DNA of 63,985 bases, the filler included, from Hyphochytrium catenoides (lineage: Eukaryota > Protista > Hyphochytriomycota), in NCBI GenBank assembly GCA_900088475.1. It is 12 parts of 12 records of this genome, joined end to end, with 100 filler letters (N's around TTAATTAATTAA, not from the genome) between each part and the next. Parts side by side here need not be neighbours in the genome. Positions count along the whole stretch, not along the records: positions 61,331 to 62,841 come from FLMG01004407.1; positions 62,942 to 63,985 come from FLMG01001343.1; 10 more parts are not named here. One strand, 5' to 3'. This document shows, piece by piece, positions 61,816 to 63,985 of this stretch (position 1 is its first letter; every line of letters starts with the position of its first letter). Position numbers and translations under genes: made by a program. The notes under the pieces are model-generated. The model was not told the DNA's origin and did not search any database. It saw only the letters and a list, made by a program, of their open reading frames with translations.

Positions 61816-63985
61816 GGAACAGCAGATAATAGGGCGGGGAAGAAGAGACAAAAGAAAGAGAAGTTGGGACTGGAGGTCAATGGTTCTGCCCTGTGCTCTC
61901 GAGACAGGAGCTACGCTCTGCTTGTGAGCAGCCTGCTGCTGGACAGATCTGAACTATCATTCACAATGGGCAGCAGAGCTCATGCGCTGAGCCTTCTTCC
62001 TTGGCAGCTCCGCATTGGCAGTCACAGAAATCTGCTGCTCCGTCCAAGATAGAGCTCCAACGAAGGAACAAGGATGCAGGGCCAAGGGAGAAGGACATGC
62101 GGCTGAGAGGAGAAAAGAAATAAGGAGAGAGAGGAAGGAACTTTCTTAGCAGCGGTTGTTGCCCCTTCTTCTCTCTTCTCCTTTCTTCCTCTCCTCTGTC
62201 TCGCAGCTCTTCCTACGATTGACATAGATAAACAAAGATTTCTCCATAATAAGGTGCAGATTTCAGCTGAAATCTGCGAATTAATCTGCAGATTCTTCGG
62301 GAGAGTTTTCTCGGGAGAGAAGCGCCCTGAGCTCCTCCCACGGAGATGTCTGCGCTCGTTATTGGAAGATAAACTTCAGAACAAGGAGAGAGAGAAGAGC
62401 GAGCACCCTGGAGAGGAGTTGGGTCGGTCACGTCCTGGAGCTTCCTTTCTATATTAGAAGGGCTGCGGGGCTGATCCTTCTTAAACCATCGTGGAAGAGA
62501 GAGAGAGAGTGGGAGGGAGGAAGAGTGAGAGAGAGAAAGAGAGAGAGAGAGAGGAAGAGAGAGAAAAGGAAAGACAGCGAGAAAGAAAGAGAGAGAGACA
62601 AAGAGAAAGAGAGAGAGAGAGAGGAGAAACAGAGAGGAAGAGAGAGAAAGAGAGAGAGAGAGAGAGATATGAACGGGAAGAGGGAGGGCAAGGAGGAGGG
62701 GAGATAAAGAATAGAGTAACTTTGTACTCTTCATAAAGACGAAAGGACAATCGGGACTGAAAGAAAAACGGCGAAGGGTTGGCTGACACTATTTTATGGA
62801 GATGGACAGGTAAAGAGAGAGAGAGAGAGAGAGAGAGACAGNNNNNNNNNNNNNNNNNNNNNNNNNNNNNNNNNNNNNNNNNNNNTTAATTAATTAANNN
62901 NNNNNNNNNNNNNNNNNNNNNNNNNNNNNNNNNNNNNNNNNGTCAGGTGCTAGGAGAAGGCACCAAGTAATGCGCCTCTGGCGGCCTTCCAATCACGAGA
63001 GGCGCATAGATCGGAGTCGGGAGATGGAGAGCAGAGTGTCAGCTTCTCCTCCCTCCACGCGTTCAACCCCTCGCCTCCTGCTGCTGCCCCTTCATTCTCC
63101 TCCTCGTGCTGCTGATGGATCACCAGGACTCATCCTCCTCCCAATCTCTGTATGGCAAACTTCTATTGGATGGCCGTTAGCAGCCAGCAAGCGTGGGAGG
63201 ATGGCGATCCCACGCCTCCGCAGCTTCTTTCATCAGCCAGCAGGGCATCAACAAAGGCAAGGCCTCGGTAGTGGAGAGTGACCTGTTGCTTGTCGAAGGA
63301 CCTACGATCGCTGTGCTCCCTCTGTTGCCTTCGGCTGTTGCTCCTCCAGCCGTCCGCTGCGTTGCAGCTGGTGCTAACTGAGCAAGGAACCTCCGTCATA
63401 AAGCATGCGCCGGCCTCCGTATCCGGGCTCAGCCATTACTGGTGCCTTTTGGCCCCAAGAACAACATTGTTGCTTCTGTCGCGCACTGCCACTTGTCAGC
63501 CCGCCTGTCACTCGTCTCCCCAGCCCCTCTGACCCCTTCTTTGATATTTCAAAGCTATTCATTGCAGTAGGAAGTGTGACGCTTATATAATGATCTCTTG
63601 GCGTTTACCTTCTCTTCGTCTCTGAGTGTGGGGTGAGCCCTTACATCGATGGGAAGAAGGTTGCCATTATGTGCAGTCCTGTTAATATGCTTATAGAGAA
63701 GAACGAAGGAGCGGTATGCCGACAGGATCGAAAGAGACGTGCTAAGCTTGGTCTACATGGAGGACGTAAGTCCGGCCGATGTAGGGAGGCGGAGGAGGAA
63801 GAGCGTGGATTCACTCCGCATGGCAATATTCTATAGGGCAACATAGTCGAGAGTAAGAAAGCTCCTTGGACTTTTTTATCGTGAGGCGGCAACGATGGCT
63901 TCGAGAGTTATGATGCTAGGCTGAAGGGCCTTGTGCAGGGCAATGCGATGCGAGGTGACAGCGACCCATCGCTGTCGTTGCTTCC

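Noticed and set aside
17868-62897. Recurring TTAATTAATTAA palindromes
   Set aside because: Always centred in N runs; an artificial six-frame-stop scaffold linker.
62942-63985. Short ORFs in the last contig
   Set aside because: No coherent reading frame or motif.

Overview
Eukaryotic draft-assembly window made of about 12 contigs joined by artificial ~100-nt N/TTAATTAATTAA spacers, so adjacency across spacers is unproven. The organism is probably a stramenopile alga; this is inferred from WRKY19-like CxxxGC..CxxHG repeats, an SLRG/RHLQ propeptide and (CT)n-rich introns. Host genes: a multi-exon flavin monooxygenase, an intronless PB1-repeat-UBA/CUE (p62/NBR1-like) protein, a WRKY19-like zinc-finger repeat protein, two paralogous intronless secreted proteins with bacterial-type Ig-like domains (one disrupted), a secreted Gly/Ala- and Pro-rich repeat protein, an alpha/beta hydrolase, a PH-domain protein and a hypothetical multi-exon gene. 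Mobile DNA is abundant: at least three nested Ty1/copia LTR families plus a solo LTR, CRE-like non-LTR 3' ends, a Polinton-type integrase relic and hAT elements. The most striking object is a complete 906-bp non-coding LTR element (TRIM, 14236-15141) with PBS, PPT and 4-bp TSD whose LTRs each contain a tRNA-like A-box/B-box module ending in CCA. A second tRNA-like Pol III cassette sits antisense in the 3' UTR of a copia element, and one LTR family exists in two lengths defined by an internal duplicate PPT. All calls are by eye; no database searches were run.
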